32,000 nt of DNA from positions 176,379 through 208,378 of the forward strand of contig JAPLKZ010000010.1 in the NCBI GenBank assembly GCA_026387835.1, in the 5' to 3' direction. Shown one piece after another: positions 19,545 through 26,981 of the stretch (positions within the stretch are counted from its first letter, which is position 1; every line of letters starts with the position of its first letter). The notes beneath the pieces were generated by a model, which worked only from the letters and a program-made list of their open reading frames with translations, was not told the origin of the DNA and did not search any database. Position numbers and translations under genes: made by a program. This stretch comes from Candidatus Saganbacteria bacterium (GTDB lineage: Bacteria; Margulisbacteria; WOR-1; JAKLHX01).

Positions 19545-20861
19545 TCAGGGTCTTCTGATCATCTCTATCAATTTTTCCCTTTCGTTAAGGCTGGGATCGT
19601 CCAGGACTTTTTCCAGCAGATGCCCGAGCACCTCCCCCACCTTCGGCCCCTGTCCGATATTAAGCTCTCTCATGACATCCTGACCGTCAATTTTTAACTG
19701 TGAGACGGAAAGCGCATCCTGTTTTTCGATCACTTTTTCTATCCTGTTTTTAAGCTCCTTCAGGTATGCGGGGTCGACATCCCTTTCCATCGCTTTCATG
19801 TCAGCGATCCTCAGCATGAACAGGTCCTCGATATTTTCGATGCCTACCCTGTTGATAAAACGCCTCACAGCGCTGTCGGTCCATTCGTCCGTGTAATTGA
19901 ACATATGATTCTTTATCAGGTTTGAGACTTCTTCAATATTATCATTGCTGAATTTCAGGCGTTTCATTATCTTTTCCGAAACAATGGCGCTTTCAGATTC
20001 ATGGCCGTAAAAAGTATCTTCCTTTTTTGTGGAGGGTTTTGCAATATCATGGAACAGTGCCGCAAGCCGCACCATAGGAAGCTCTTTCGGGGCGTGATCG
20101 CAGGAATATATGCTGTGATGATAGACATCATATACATGATACGGCTTTGGCTGCTCGACCCCGAGGCATTCTTCAAGTTCCTGCATGACGATCTTTAAAA
20201 GCCCGGATTTTCTCATATATTCTATACCGACCGAAGGTTTGTCTGCGGACATCATCTTGATCAGTTCTTCGCGTATCCTTTCCGGAGCGACTTTTTTGAA
20301 CGTCCCGGCGGCTTTCGGGATCGCATCAAAAGTCTTTTGTTCGATACCAAACCCGAGTTTCGCGCCTAATCTGCAGGCTCTCATCGAACGGAGCCCGTCC
20401 TCCAAAAACCGCGCTAACGGATCTCCTACGGCCTTTAATAATTTTGAATTTATGTCGGTCTGCCCGTTAAACGGGTCGATCAGTTCGCTATTTACCGCGT
20501 CATAAGCGATGGCGTTGACGGTGAAATCCCTCCTCGAAAGGTCGTCTTTTATATCGGCAGTAAAGGTGACGCTGTCCGGATGCCTGCCGTCGGAATACTT
20601 TTCGTCGCTTCTGAAGGTCGTCACCTCAAAATCACCGTCTTCAAGCATCACGGTCACGGTACCGTATTTGAGCCCGGTCGGGACCACTTTTTCAAAAAGC
20701 GCCGTCACCTGTTCCGGCCTTGCCGATGTCGTGATATCCCAGTCGTATACAGGGGTTTTCATCAAAAGGTCTCTCACGCTGCCACCGACAAGAAAGGCCT
20801 TAAAACCTTTTTCGTTAAGAGCTTTTATGATATATAATACGCCGCAGGGTAATTTGAACAT
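19545..20861 (-). CDS. cca: CCA tRNA nucleotidyltransferase with HD domain
   Basis: FLVGGSVRDLLMKTPVYDWDITTSARPEQV, RRDFTVNAIAYD, EDGLRSMRACRLGAKLGF, AALFHDIAKP. Confidence 0.93.
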   Translation of the reverse strand: MFKLPCGVLYIIKALNEKGFKAFLVGGSVRDLLMKTPVYDWDITTSARPEQVTALFEKVVPTGLKYGTVTVMLEDGDFEVTTFRSDEKYSDGRHPDSVTFTADIKDDLSRRDFTVNAIAYDAVNSELIDPFNGQTDINSKLLKAVGDPLARFLEDGLRSMRACRLGAKLGFGIEQKTFDAIPKAAGTFKKVAPERIREELIKMMSADKPSVGIEYMRKSGLLKIVMQELEECLGVEQPKPYHVYDVYHHSIYSCDHAPKELPMVRLAALFHDIAKPSTKKEDTFYGHESESAIVSEKIMKRLKFSNDNIEEVSNLIKNHMFNYTDEWTDSAVRRFINRVGIENIEDLFMLRIADMKAMERDVDPAYLKELKNRIEKVIEKQDALSVSQLKIDGQDVMRELNIGQGPKVGEVLGHLLEKVLDDPSLNEREKLIEMIRRP

Positions 20862-20911
20862 TGCAGAATCAGTTTACAATAATAGGGGAATATTGTCAAA
20901 AAATGCGGGTA

Positions 20912-21562
20912 TTATTTCAACAAATACACCGTAAAATCGTGTGGAAGATAGCCGTCAACAAATTTGATATTCTCTGTTACTTTTTTCAGATTATTCAGGA
21001 CTTCCTGCTTATCATGAAAATAAAACTTCTTTTTTTCCTGCTCGAGCAGATGTTTCGGTATAAGAGGGATCGCGCCATTACTTTGAAAATTTACAGCTAC
21101 CCCTCTTTGTGCAATTGCAAAAAGTTTAATCAGCTCCTCTGTGTAATATTTATGAATATCAAAATCTTCGGAGAACTTCAAATTGTAAAGACCTGAAGCG
21201 AGCACGAAATCATATTTTTCACTGTAAACGGAATCATTCTTTATCCTGAATTTCACCATCGGCATTTCCCTTTTGGCTGCTTCAATAAAGTCTTTATTTA
21301 TATCGACTCCCGTATAATCCAGTTTCCAGTTCTCTATCAATTTCTGGTCTTTTATGAACTTATAGAGGTGCCCGAGCCCGCAGCCAAAATCAAGTATGGT
21401 AATGGTCCCGGAAGTATTGACCATGGCGCATATCTTAAGAAGCTCGATAAACCTTGCCTGCTGAGTAAAAGGCGTTTCCCAGCACAGTGATTTATGGCTA
21501 TAACCGTGTTTTTTATAGAGATCGCCAAAGAATTTATTTTGGTCTTCTTCGTATGGATGCAT
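20912..21562 (-). CDS. Class I SAM-dependent methyltransferase
   Basis: ITILDFGCGLGHLYKFI (motif I), LDYTGVDINKDFIEAAKR. Confidence 0.85.
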   Translation of the reverse strand: MHPYEEDQNKFFGDLYKKHGYSHKSLCWETPFTQQARFIELLKICAMVNTSGTITILDFGCGLGHLYKFIKDQKLIENWKLDYTGVDINKDFIEAAKREMPMVKFRIKNDSVYSEKYDFVLASGLYNLKFSEDFDIHKYYTEELIKLFAIAQRGVAVNFQSNGAIPLIPKHLLEQEKKKFYFHDKQEVLNNLKKVTENIKFVDGYLPHDFTVYLLK

Positions 21563-21634
21563 TCATGAAATTATAACATCGATTTATGATCTACATATTT
21601 CACCAACTATATATCAAAATATTTTAGAATGATA

Positions 21635-21937
21635 TTATTTCTGATGTAAGATGCGCCCCAACAAAACATTTGGAGCAATTTGAAGAGCTCTTGATATCTG
21701 GACAAATACAGACAAAGAAATATTTCTCGTGCCCCTCTCAATAGTTTGAATATATTTACTGTGTAAATCGCATATTTCCGCAAGCTCCTCGATCGTTAGC
21801 CCTTTTGTTTTCCTTAACCGTTTAAGCTCTTTTGCCATTGTTTCCAGCAATTTGTGATCCGGCTTATAAAATGATGTTGCTCGCATATATTTTTGTATGG
21901 ACACTATCATATCCATTGTGGTAATATATACAAACAA
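21635..21937 (-). CDS. XRE-family HTH transcriptional regulator
   Basis: LKRLRKTKGLTIEELAEICDLHSKYIQTIERGTRNISLSVFVQISRAL; true start may be internal. Confidence 0.88.
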   Translation of the reverse strand: MFVYITTMDMIVSIQKYMRATSFYKPDHKLLETMAKELKRLRKTKGLTIEELAEICDLHSKYIQTIERGTRNISLSVFVQISRALQIAPNVLLGRILHQK

Positions 21938-21969
21938 CCGATAGTATCTTTTTTGATGAGGAAATATAT

Positions 21970-22341
21970 ATGCGAAAAATGTTGCTGCTTGTCACTTTTG
22001 CACTGTTTTTATCGGGCTGCCAAACAGTAAATACTCCAAAAATTGGAAATTTAGAAATTGACGGGGCAATTTCGGCTGGTGTAAAAAGTTATGGGGCTCC
22101 CTATTTGTCAGGGTATATTAAAAACACTGGAAATAACACTGTTTATAATTCTCAAGTTGCCTTTACTGTTTATAGCGATTCAACAAAGAAAACTATCAAA
22201 GATACGGGACGCGGTTTCCCTGCAAGTTTAGGAGATATTCTTCCCGATATAAGAGCCCCTTTTGAGGCGGTATTTTTTGCTCTCTCCTCTACTGAATCTG
22301 TAGCAATATATGACTATAAGATTACCTGGCTAGAGGAATAG
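21970..22341 (+). CDS. Putative lipoprotein with FxLYD-like domain
   Basis: LLLVTFALFLSGCQ lipobox; PYLSGYIKNTGNNTVYNSQVAFTVYSDS. Confidence 0.7.
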   Translation: MRKMLLLVTFALFLSGCQTVNTPKIGNLEIDGAISAGVKSYGAPYLSGYIKNTGNNTVYNSQVAFTVYSDSTKKTIKDTGRGFPASLGDILPDIRAPFEAVFFALSSTESVAIYDYKITWLEE

Positions 22342-22358
22342 CAACAAAAAAACATATT

Positions 22359-22634
22359 TTAAGCCGGGAGTAATTTCCCTTTTAAATATTCTTTCAACAT
22401 TATCTTTAATGCTCTTTTGCCTGCTGTTGTTTTAAAATAATCTTCTCTTCTTAAAGCGTCTTTTTGATTAAGATAGGCTTCGTAAAAAATAAGCTCTAGT
22501 GGCCTTCGTGGTTTTGTAGATACCACTTCGCCATCATTATGCTGTTTCAACCTTCTGGCGAGGTCTATTGTATAACCAATATAAAATTTATTGTCTTTTT
22601 CACTTTGAAGAACATAAACGTGGTGTTGTGTCAT
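22359..22634 (-). CDS. GIY-YIG nuclease family protein
   Basis: HHVYVLQSEKDNKFYIGYTIDLARRLKQHNDGE ... GIY-YIG core; standalone small protein. Confidence 0.93.
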   Translation of the reverse strand: MTQHHVYVLQSEKDNKFYIGYTIDLARRLKQHNDGEVVSTKPRRPLELIFYEAYLNQKDALRREDYFKTTAGKRALKIMLKEYLKGKLLPA

Positions 22635-22658
22635 TTATTTTTGATCGTGATCAATGGA

Positions 22659-22765
22659 CCATGAAGTAATTTGCTGCGTCCGGTTTGCCGATCACTTCAT
22701 TCCTTTATTTCTTGATCCGGCCTGCCATGAAGTTTTGCAAGCGAAGCGCAGCAAATACTTCATGG
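22659..22765. repeat. Pair of adjacent inverted repeats (ATGAAGT ... ACTTCAT) abutting the tmRNA 3' end
   Basis: ccATGAAGTaatttgctgcg (22659..22678) is inverted as cgcagcaaatACTTCATgg (22747..22765); an additional ATGAAGT at 22728 and ACTTCAT at 22694 give two possible stem-loops. Confidence 0.8.
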
Positions 22766-23180
22766 TGGAGCTAGCGGGAGTCGAACCCGCGTCCGAAAAG
22801 TTTTAGATCTTAAGACCTACAAGCTTAGCCCTTTTTTTAGTTTCGCTCCCGGGGTAAACCAAGGACGGGGCAACCTCAGGAACTATCCTTGCTGTCTTGT
22901 TTTCCCGCTCATACCGAAGGAACGCATGATCGGGTATCCGGTCATATGACGCCTGTATCCGGACCGGCCGAAAGATCCGGCAGACGCAGCCCCTAAATTA
23001 TGAGAGGCTGAAAGCCGGCGATCCAGCGAGAACATCTGCATTGCAGACTACCCACTGAACGCGACCGACTAGATCTTTAAGTGTTTCTGCACTTATGTTT
23101 TGCTGTTAGTTTTACGAGGTGAACAGCACCTCGGCCTGCACTTAAGACCTCCCCCTTCCCGTCGAGACCCTTATAGCCCC
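22763..23180 (-). ncRNA. ssrA: Transfer-messenger RNA (tmRNA)
   Basis: 5' end GGGGCTATAAGGGTCTCGAC and 3' end GGACGCGGGTTCGACTCCCGCTAGCTCCACCA form the tRNA-like domain (GGGGCTA/TAGCTCC acceptor stem, encoded CCA). PK1 (CGAGGTG/CACCTCG with CTGTT/AACAG) is visible, as is P5 with UAA in the loop. 418 nt. Confidence 0.96.
22998..23090 (-). other. tmRNA tag-peptide reading frame (predicted AETLKDLVGRVQWVVCNADVLAGSPAFSLS)
   Basis: Resume GCA at tmRNA nucleotide 91; 30 sense codons; UAA lies in the loop of P5 stem AGCCUCU/AGGGGCU. Confidence 0.6.
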
Positions 23181-23196
23181 CCGACTCGGTATTCCT

Positions 23197-23649
23197 TTAT
23201 TTCTTTGTCTGAATTTCTTTTTCCAGTATGCCCACGAACTCTTTGATCTGGTCCTGCGTCATGCTGTTCTCAAGGATATCGGCAAGTTCCTCCCATGAAT
23301 ACGCTTCTTCCATAAGGTCCTTATTTTTCTTTATCTTATCGATCTCGTCCTCGATCTCTTTCTGCAATTTCCTGTTGCCTTCTTCCATCGCCGCCTGCGC
23401 GTCAACGATGCCCGTCTCTTTTATTACTTTTTCAACTATCTCGTCAAAAGACAGTTCCTTTTCCTTCGCGTCATGGGCCAATGCCGCCATCCTTACGGCG
23501 ATGCCCCTCGCGTCAAGTTCGAACAGCTCCCTGGCGATGGAAGTCCGGCTGGGAGTGATCGGCCTTTGTACTTCAGTCGCTTCTTCCTTTTTTTTAGGCG
23601 GCATCGGCGGGACGACCGGGGCCGGGATCGAACCTGGGATTTTTACCAT
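23197..23649 (-). CDS. Hypothetical protein (150 aa), proline-rich N-terminus, acidic helical C-terminus
   Basis: ORF tightly packed between orf76 and ssrA; MVKIPGSIPAPVVPPMPPKKKEE... Confidence 0.7.
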   Translation of the reverse strand: MVKIPGSIPAPVVPPMPPKKKEEATEVQRPITPSRTSIARELFELDARGIAVRMAALAHDAKEKELSFDEIVEKVIKETGIVDAQAAMEEGNRKLQKEIEDEIDKIKKNKDLMEEAYSWEELADILENSMTQDQIKEFVGILEKEIQTKK

Positions 23650-23663
23650 TTTCTTTCACCTCT

Positions 23664-23894
23664 TTAAGTTTTCTCTAGATCTCCCTTTATTTGTGCTTTT
23701 GTCAGCAGCACCGCCAGCTTCATCGCGCTCGCTTCTCCGATGCCCGGACATTCCGATCTGAACATGTTCCTCACGGTATTGGCCAGATCAAGTCCCGTGA
23801 ACGACCGGTTTTTCGGTTTTCTGCCGGCCTCCCCCGGTTTGCTCTTGTTCTTCTGCGCTTTATCCGCGGGTTTTGTCTCGGTTATTCCTGTCAA
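23664..23894 (-). CDS. Hypothetical small basic protein (76 aa)
   Basis: ORF overlapping the smpB 3' end by 35 nt, 14 nt upstream of orf150; basic N-terminus. Confidence 0.55.
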   Translation of the reverse strand: MTGITETKPADKAQKNKSKPGEAGRKPKNRSFTGLDLANTVRNMFRSECPGIGEASAMKLAVLLTKAQIKGDLEKT

Positions 23895-24339
23895 CTAATT
23901 CTCTCCCCATGTCCCTGTCCAGGTCTCTTCTTTTTATTTTTTCCTTTTTATCGTACAGCCTTTTCCCTTTTGCGATGCCCAGTTCAATCTTCGCGTAATT
24001 TCCCAAAAAGTATATCTTTAACGGTATTATCGACAGCCCTTTTTCGGTCGCCCTGCCGGCCAGCTTTTTAATCTCCGTCCTTTTTAAAAGCAGCTTCCTT
24101 GTCCTCAGGGGGTTCATATCATCTTTTCCGGCAAATTTGTACGGGCTTACGTGCATACCGTACAGCATCATTTCCCCTTTTTCAGGGCGCGCGAAACTGT
24201 CTTTCAGGTTGATGCTTCCCCTCCTGATGGACTTTACTTCGCTCCCGCGGAGCACTATCCCCGCTTCGACGGTCTCTGATATGTCAAAATCGAAGAAAGC
24301 CTTGCGGTTTTCCGCGATGATCTTTTTATATCGTGGCAT
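23860..24339 (-). CDS. smpB: SsrA-binding protein
   Basis: ENRKAFFDFDISETVEAGIVLRGSEVKSIRRGSINLKDSFA, LLLKRTEIKKL, KGLSIIPLKIYF, AKIELGIAKGKRLYDKKEKIKRRD. Confidence 0.98.
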   Translation of the reverse strand: MPRYKKIIAENRKAFFDFDISETVEAGIVLRGSEVKSIRRGSINLKDSFARPEKGEMMLYGMHVSPYKFAGKDDMNPLRTRKLLLKRTEIKKLAGRATEKGLSIIPLKIYFLGNYAKIELGIAKGKRLYDKKEKIKRRDLDRDMGRELVDRNNRDKTRG

Positions 24340-24351
24340 AATTATACACTT

Positions 24352-25080
24352 TTATTTATTTTCTATCAAGGAAATTATGCTGTCGCGAATTGTCTCTAAT
24401 TTACCGGCATTGATAGTCTCGCAGGCATTGCAGTTCTCATTTAAATCAACGGGTTTTCCGATGTTCACGCGCACTTCTGCGGGGTTTATAAAAAAGCCCC
24501 CTTTTTTCTGGATATTAAAACTTCCGGTTATGCCCACCGGAACGATCTTCGCGCCTGAATCAGCCGCGAGCACGAGGCTTCCCCTCTTGAACTGCCCGAG
24601 TTTTCCGTCACGGCTCCTGGTCCCTTCGGGAAAGATAAGCACCGGCTCTCCTTTTTTTACGGTCTCAGCCGTTATTTTCAGCGTGTTATGGGCTTTCTGT
24701 CCTTTTTCCCTGTCGATAGAGATATCACCTCTGTTCTTAATATACCATCCGAAAAACGGCACTCTGAACAGCTCTTTTTTTACCAGGAACCTGAAATTTA
24801 TCGGGAGGGCTGCGATCAGGATCGGGATATCGAAATTGCCCTGGTGGTTTGAGACGATCACTTTTGGCCCGTCAAAGCATAAGTTCTCCTTCCCGGAGAC
24901 AAAAAGACGTATGCCGGCGATCTTCAATACCGCTCTTGCCCAGGGCCGTGAGATATCTTCAAAGGCCTTTTTTCTGGGGCAACCTAATGTTATGAGAAAA
25001 AGCGCTGCGGCGCATCCCAGAAAGAAGGTCGAAACAGCAAAAATAACCGTCAATACCGTTAAAATAACATTTTTTAACAT
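24352..25080 (-). CDS. plsC: 1-acyl-sn-glycerol-3-phosphate acyltransferase
   Basis: VSNHQGNFDIPILIA (HX4D), KKELFRVPFFGWYIKNRGDISIDR, FPEGTRSRDGKLGQFKRG. Confidence 0.93.
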   Translation of the reverse strand: MLKNVILTVLTVIFAVSTFFLGCAAALFLITLGCPRKKAFEDISRPWARAVLKIAGIRLFVSGKENLCFDGPKVIVSNHQGNFDIPILIAALPINFRFLVKKELFRVPFFGWYIKNRGDISIDREKGQKAHNTLKITAETVKKGEPVLIFPEGTRSRDGKLGQFKRGSLVLAADSGAKIVPVGITGSFNIQKKGGFFINPAEVRVNIGKPVDLNENCNACETINAGKLETIRDSIISLIENK

Positions 25081-25204
25081 CAGTTAAAATATAGCATAAG
25101 AATCATTTGTTTTATAGCGGAAATGTTACCTCCCTGTTTTGTCATGCCATTCCATATTTGACTGAAATTTCCCGGATAAATGCCGATAGATATAAAAGAC
25201 ATAT

Positions 25205-25501
25205 ATGCGTACAGAACTGATAGACAAAAAAACCGATATCCGCACGCTCTCGAAAGACGTGATCTCTTCGTATCACGCGACGATCAAAAACAAGCGTTCA
25301 CCGAAAAAATGCATCTATCTAACTGACACTGAGTGCACGGCTCCCGGAAGTCTTTTTGAAGTCTGCAAGACATGCCCATATGGCTATATTTATTGTTTCG
25401 GTGATATCGTAAAAAATGTTTACAGAAAGACAGTCGGATTTACTATCGACCTGCTTAACAAAGAGATCTCGCTCAATTCTATTTTCAAAATAAACGATTA
25501 A
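25205..25501 (+). CDS. Hypothetical cysteine-containing protein (98 aa)
   Basis: ORF on opposite strand to neighbours with CIYLTDTECTAPGSLFEVCKTCPYGYIYC. Confidence 0.45.
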   Translation: MRTELIDKKTDIRTLSKDVISSYHATIKNKRSPKKCIYLTDTECTAPGSLFEVCKTCPYGYIYCFGDIVKNVYRKTVGFTIDLLNKEISLNSIFKIND

Positions 25502-25505
25502 GCTG

Positions 25506-26597
25506 TCATTGGTCTTGGCAGACACTTTTTTGGACTTCTTCCTCTGTTGTCAGGCCGTCCTTTGCTTTCTCTATCCCGGCCTCAAAAAGATTTTTTAACG
25601 AGGCTGCTTTTTCCAGGGATTTTCTTTCGGCTTTTTTTGAGATCAGGTTCCGTATCTCATCGCTGATAAATATTATCTCGTAGATCCCTGTCCTGCCCTT
25701 GAACCCGGTAAAAGAACATTCTCTGCATTTCGGGCACGAAAGCCGGACAAGCCTTTGCCCGATGACACAGGACAAAGAAGATGCTATAAGATAATTTTCT
25801 ATCCCCATGTCCGTGAGCCGCTCTATCGCTCCTGCCGCCGAATTTGTATGGAGAGTAGAAAACACCAGGTGCCCTGTCATCGCCGCCTGCACGGCGATAC
25901 GCGCGGTCACTTCATCCCTGATCTCACCTACCATGACGATATCCGGATCCTGCCTCAGTATAGAGCGGAGACCTTTTTCAAATGAATATCCCGTCTTGTA
26001 ATTTACCTGCGTCTGATTTATGTTCGGGAGCTGATATTCGACGGGATCTTCGATGGCGATGATGTTCTTTTCCGGTGAATTTATCTCGTTCAGGGACGCG
26101 TAAAGCGTCGTCGTTTTTCCCGAACCCGTCGGTCCTGTCACAAGCACAAGCCCCTGCGGCCTGTTGATGACCTTTCTATATTTATGCAGGTCCTCCTCCT
26201 GCATTCCCAGATCGTCAAGGGTCCTTAAAATACTGTTCCTGTCAAGCAGCCTCAGAACGGTTTTTTCCCCGAATATGACAGGGATCGTCGAGACCCTGAT
26301 ATCGATCTCTTTGCCGCCCATAGAAAGATGCGTTTTCCCGTCCTGGGGAAGGCGCGTCTCGGCGATGTCCAGGTCCACCATGATTTTTACGCGGGAGACG
26401 ACCGAAGATATCATCGACCTGTGGACAGTCACAGCGTTCTGCAGTATCCCGTCGACACGGAAACGCACCTTCAGATTGTGCTGGGTCGGCTCAAGGTGGA
26501 TATCGCTTGCACCTATCCCGACCGCTTTTTCTATAAGATCATTTACAAGCGTGGTCGCTCCATTTAAATTCTGCTGCTGAGGATGTTCTTTCTTCAT
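25506..26597 (-). CDS. Type II secretion / type IV pilus assembly ATPase (PilB/GspE-like), shortened
   Basis: VTGPTGSGKTTTLYA (Walker A), AIEDPVEYQLP, LRSILRQDPDIVMVGEIRD, TGHLVFSTLHTN. ATG at 26597 preceded by AAGGAAGG ribosome-binding site. Confidence 0.92.
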   Translation of the reverse strand: MKKEHPQQQNLNGATTLVNDLIEKAVGIGASDIHLEPTQHNLKVRFRVDGILQNAVTVHRSMISSVVSRVKIMVDLDIAETRLPQDGKTHLSMGGKEIDIRVSTIPVIFGEKTVLRLLDRNSILRTLDDLGMQEEDLHKYRKVINRPQGLVLVTGPTGSGKTTTLYASLNEINSPEKNIIAIEDPVEYQLPNINQTQVNYKTGYSFEKGLRSILRQDPDIVMVGEIRDEVTARIAVQAAMTGHLVFSTLHTNSAAGAIERLTDMGIENYLIASSLSCVIGQRLVRLSCPKCRECSFTGFKGRTGIYEIIFISDEIRNLISKKAERKSLEKAASLKNLFEAGIEKAKDGLTTEEEVQKSVCQDQ

Positions 26598-26829
26598 ACC
26601 TTCCTTTATGATTGAAGCCCAGCAGAGCATGGATATATCCGTGCTCCGACGAAAGCCCCAGGAAATGACACTGGTTTTCCCTGCAGACCTCGATAAAAAG
26701 GTCCAAAACGTAAGTGGTTCCGCGTTTATCCTTGAGTTCTTTATAAGACTTAATGGTGAAGACCGGTATTTTATATATTTTCAGCTTCTTATCGGATGAA
26801 AAGAATTGTATGATGCTCGGATTTGACAT
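26539..26829 (-). CDS. Small hypothetical protein
   Basis: Internal Met at 26829 (MSNPSIIQFFSSDKK...) preceded by GGAGGG; overlaps the ATPase start by 59 nt. Confidence 0.5.
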   Translation of the reverse strand: MSNPSIIQFFSSDKKLKIYKIPVFTIKSYKELKDKRGTTYVLDLFIEVCRENQCHFLGLSSEHGYIHALLGFNHKGRYEERTSSAAEFKWSDHACK

Positions 26830-26874
26830 GCTTTTCCCTCCTTTTGAAGAGGTCATGAGCAATTTGCCCGCCAT

Positions 26875-26953
26875 CCTCACCCCTGCGCTTCGCGCTTTCC
26901 CCTCTCCATCAAAGATGGAGAGGGGTGCCCGAGCCTGCGAGGGCGGGGTGAGG
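26875..26953. repeat. Composite inverted repeat (MITE-like/interspersed palindromic element)
   Basis: Outer arms CCTCACCC...GGGGTGAGG; inner perfect 12-bp stem CCCCTCTCCATC-AAA-GATGGAGAGGGG at 26899..26925. Confidence 0.8.
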
Positions 26954-26981
26954 TGTAGGATTTTTCAACAGTGAGAGGTTA

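Noticed and set aside
22741-22800. Possible isolated tRNA gene (GGTTCGACTCCCGC T-arm and CCA end)
   Set aside because: It is the 3' half of the tRNA-like domain of tmRNA; the matching 5' half is at 23160..23180, about 400 nt away.
23069-23104. Alternative short tmRNA tags in the other two frames (AKHKCRNT* and VQKHLKI*)
   Set aside because: These begin at positions inconsistent with the PK1-to-resume spacing or stop far before the P5 loop; only the 30-codon frame ends at the expected loop UAA.
24137-25087. 316-aa plus-strand ORF opposite smpB and plsC
   Set aside because: Spans two well-supported minus-strand genes and their intergenic gap; long antisense ORF without recognisable motifs.
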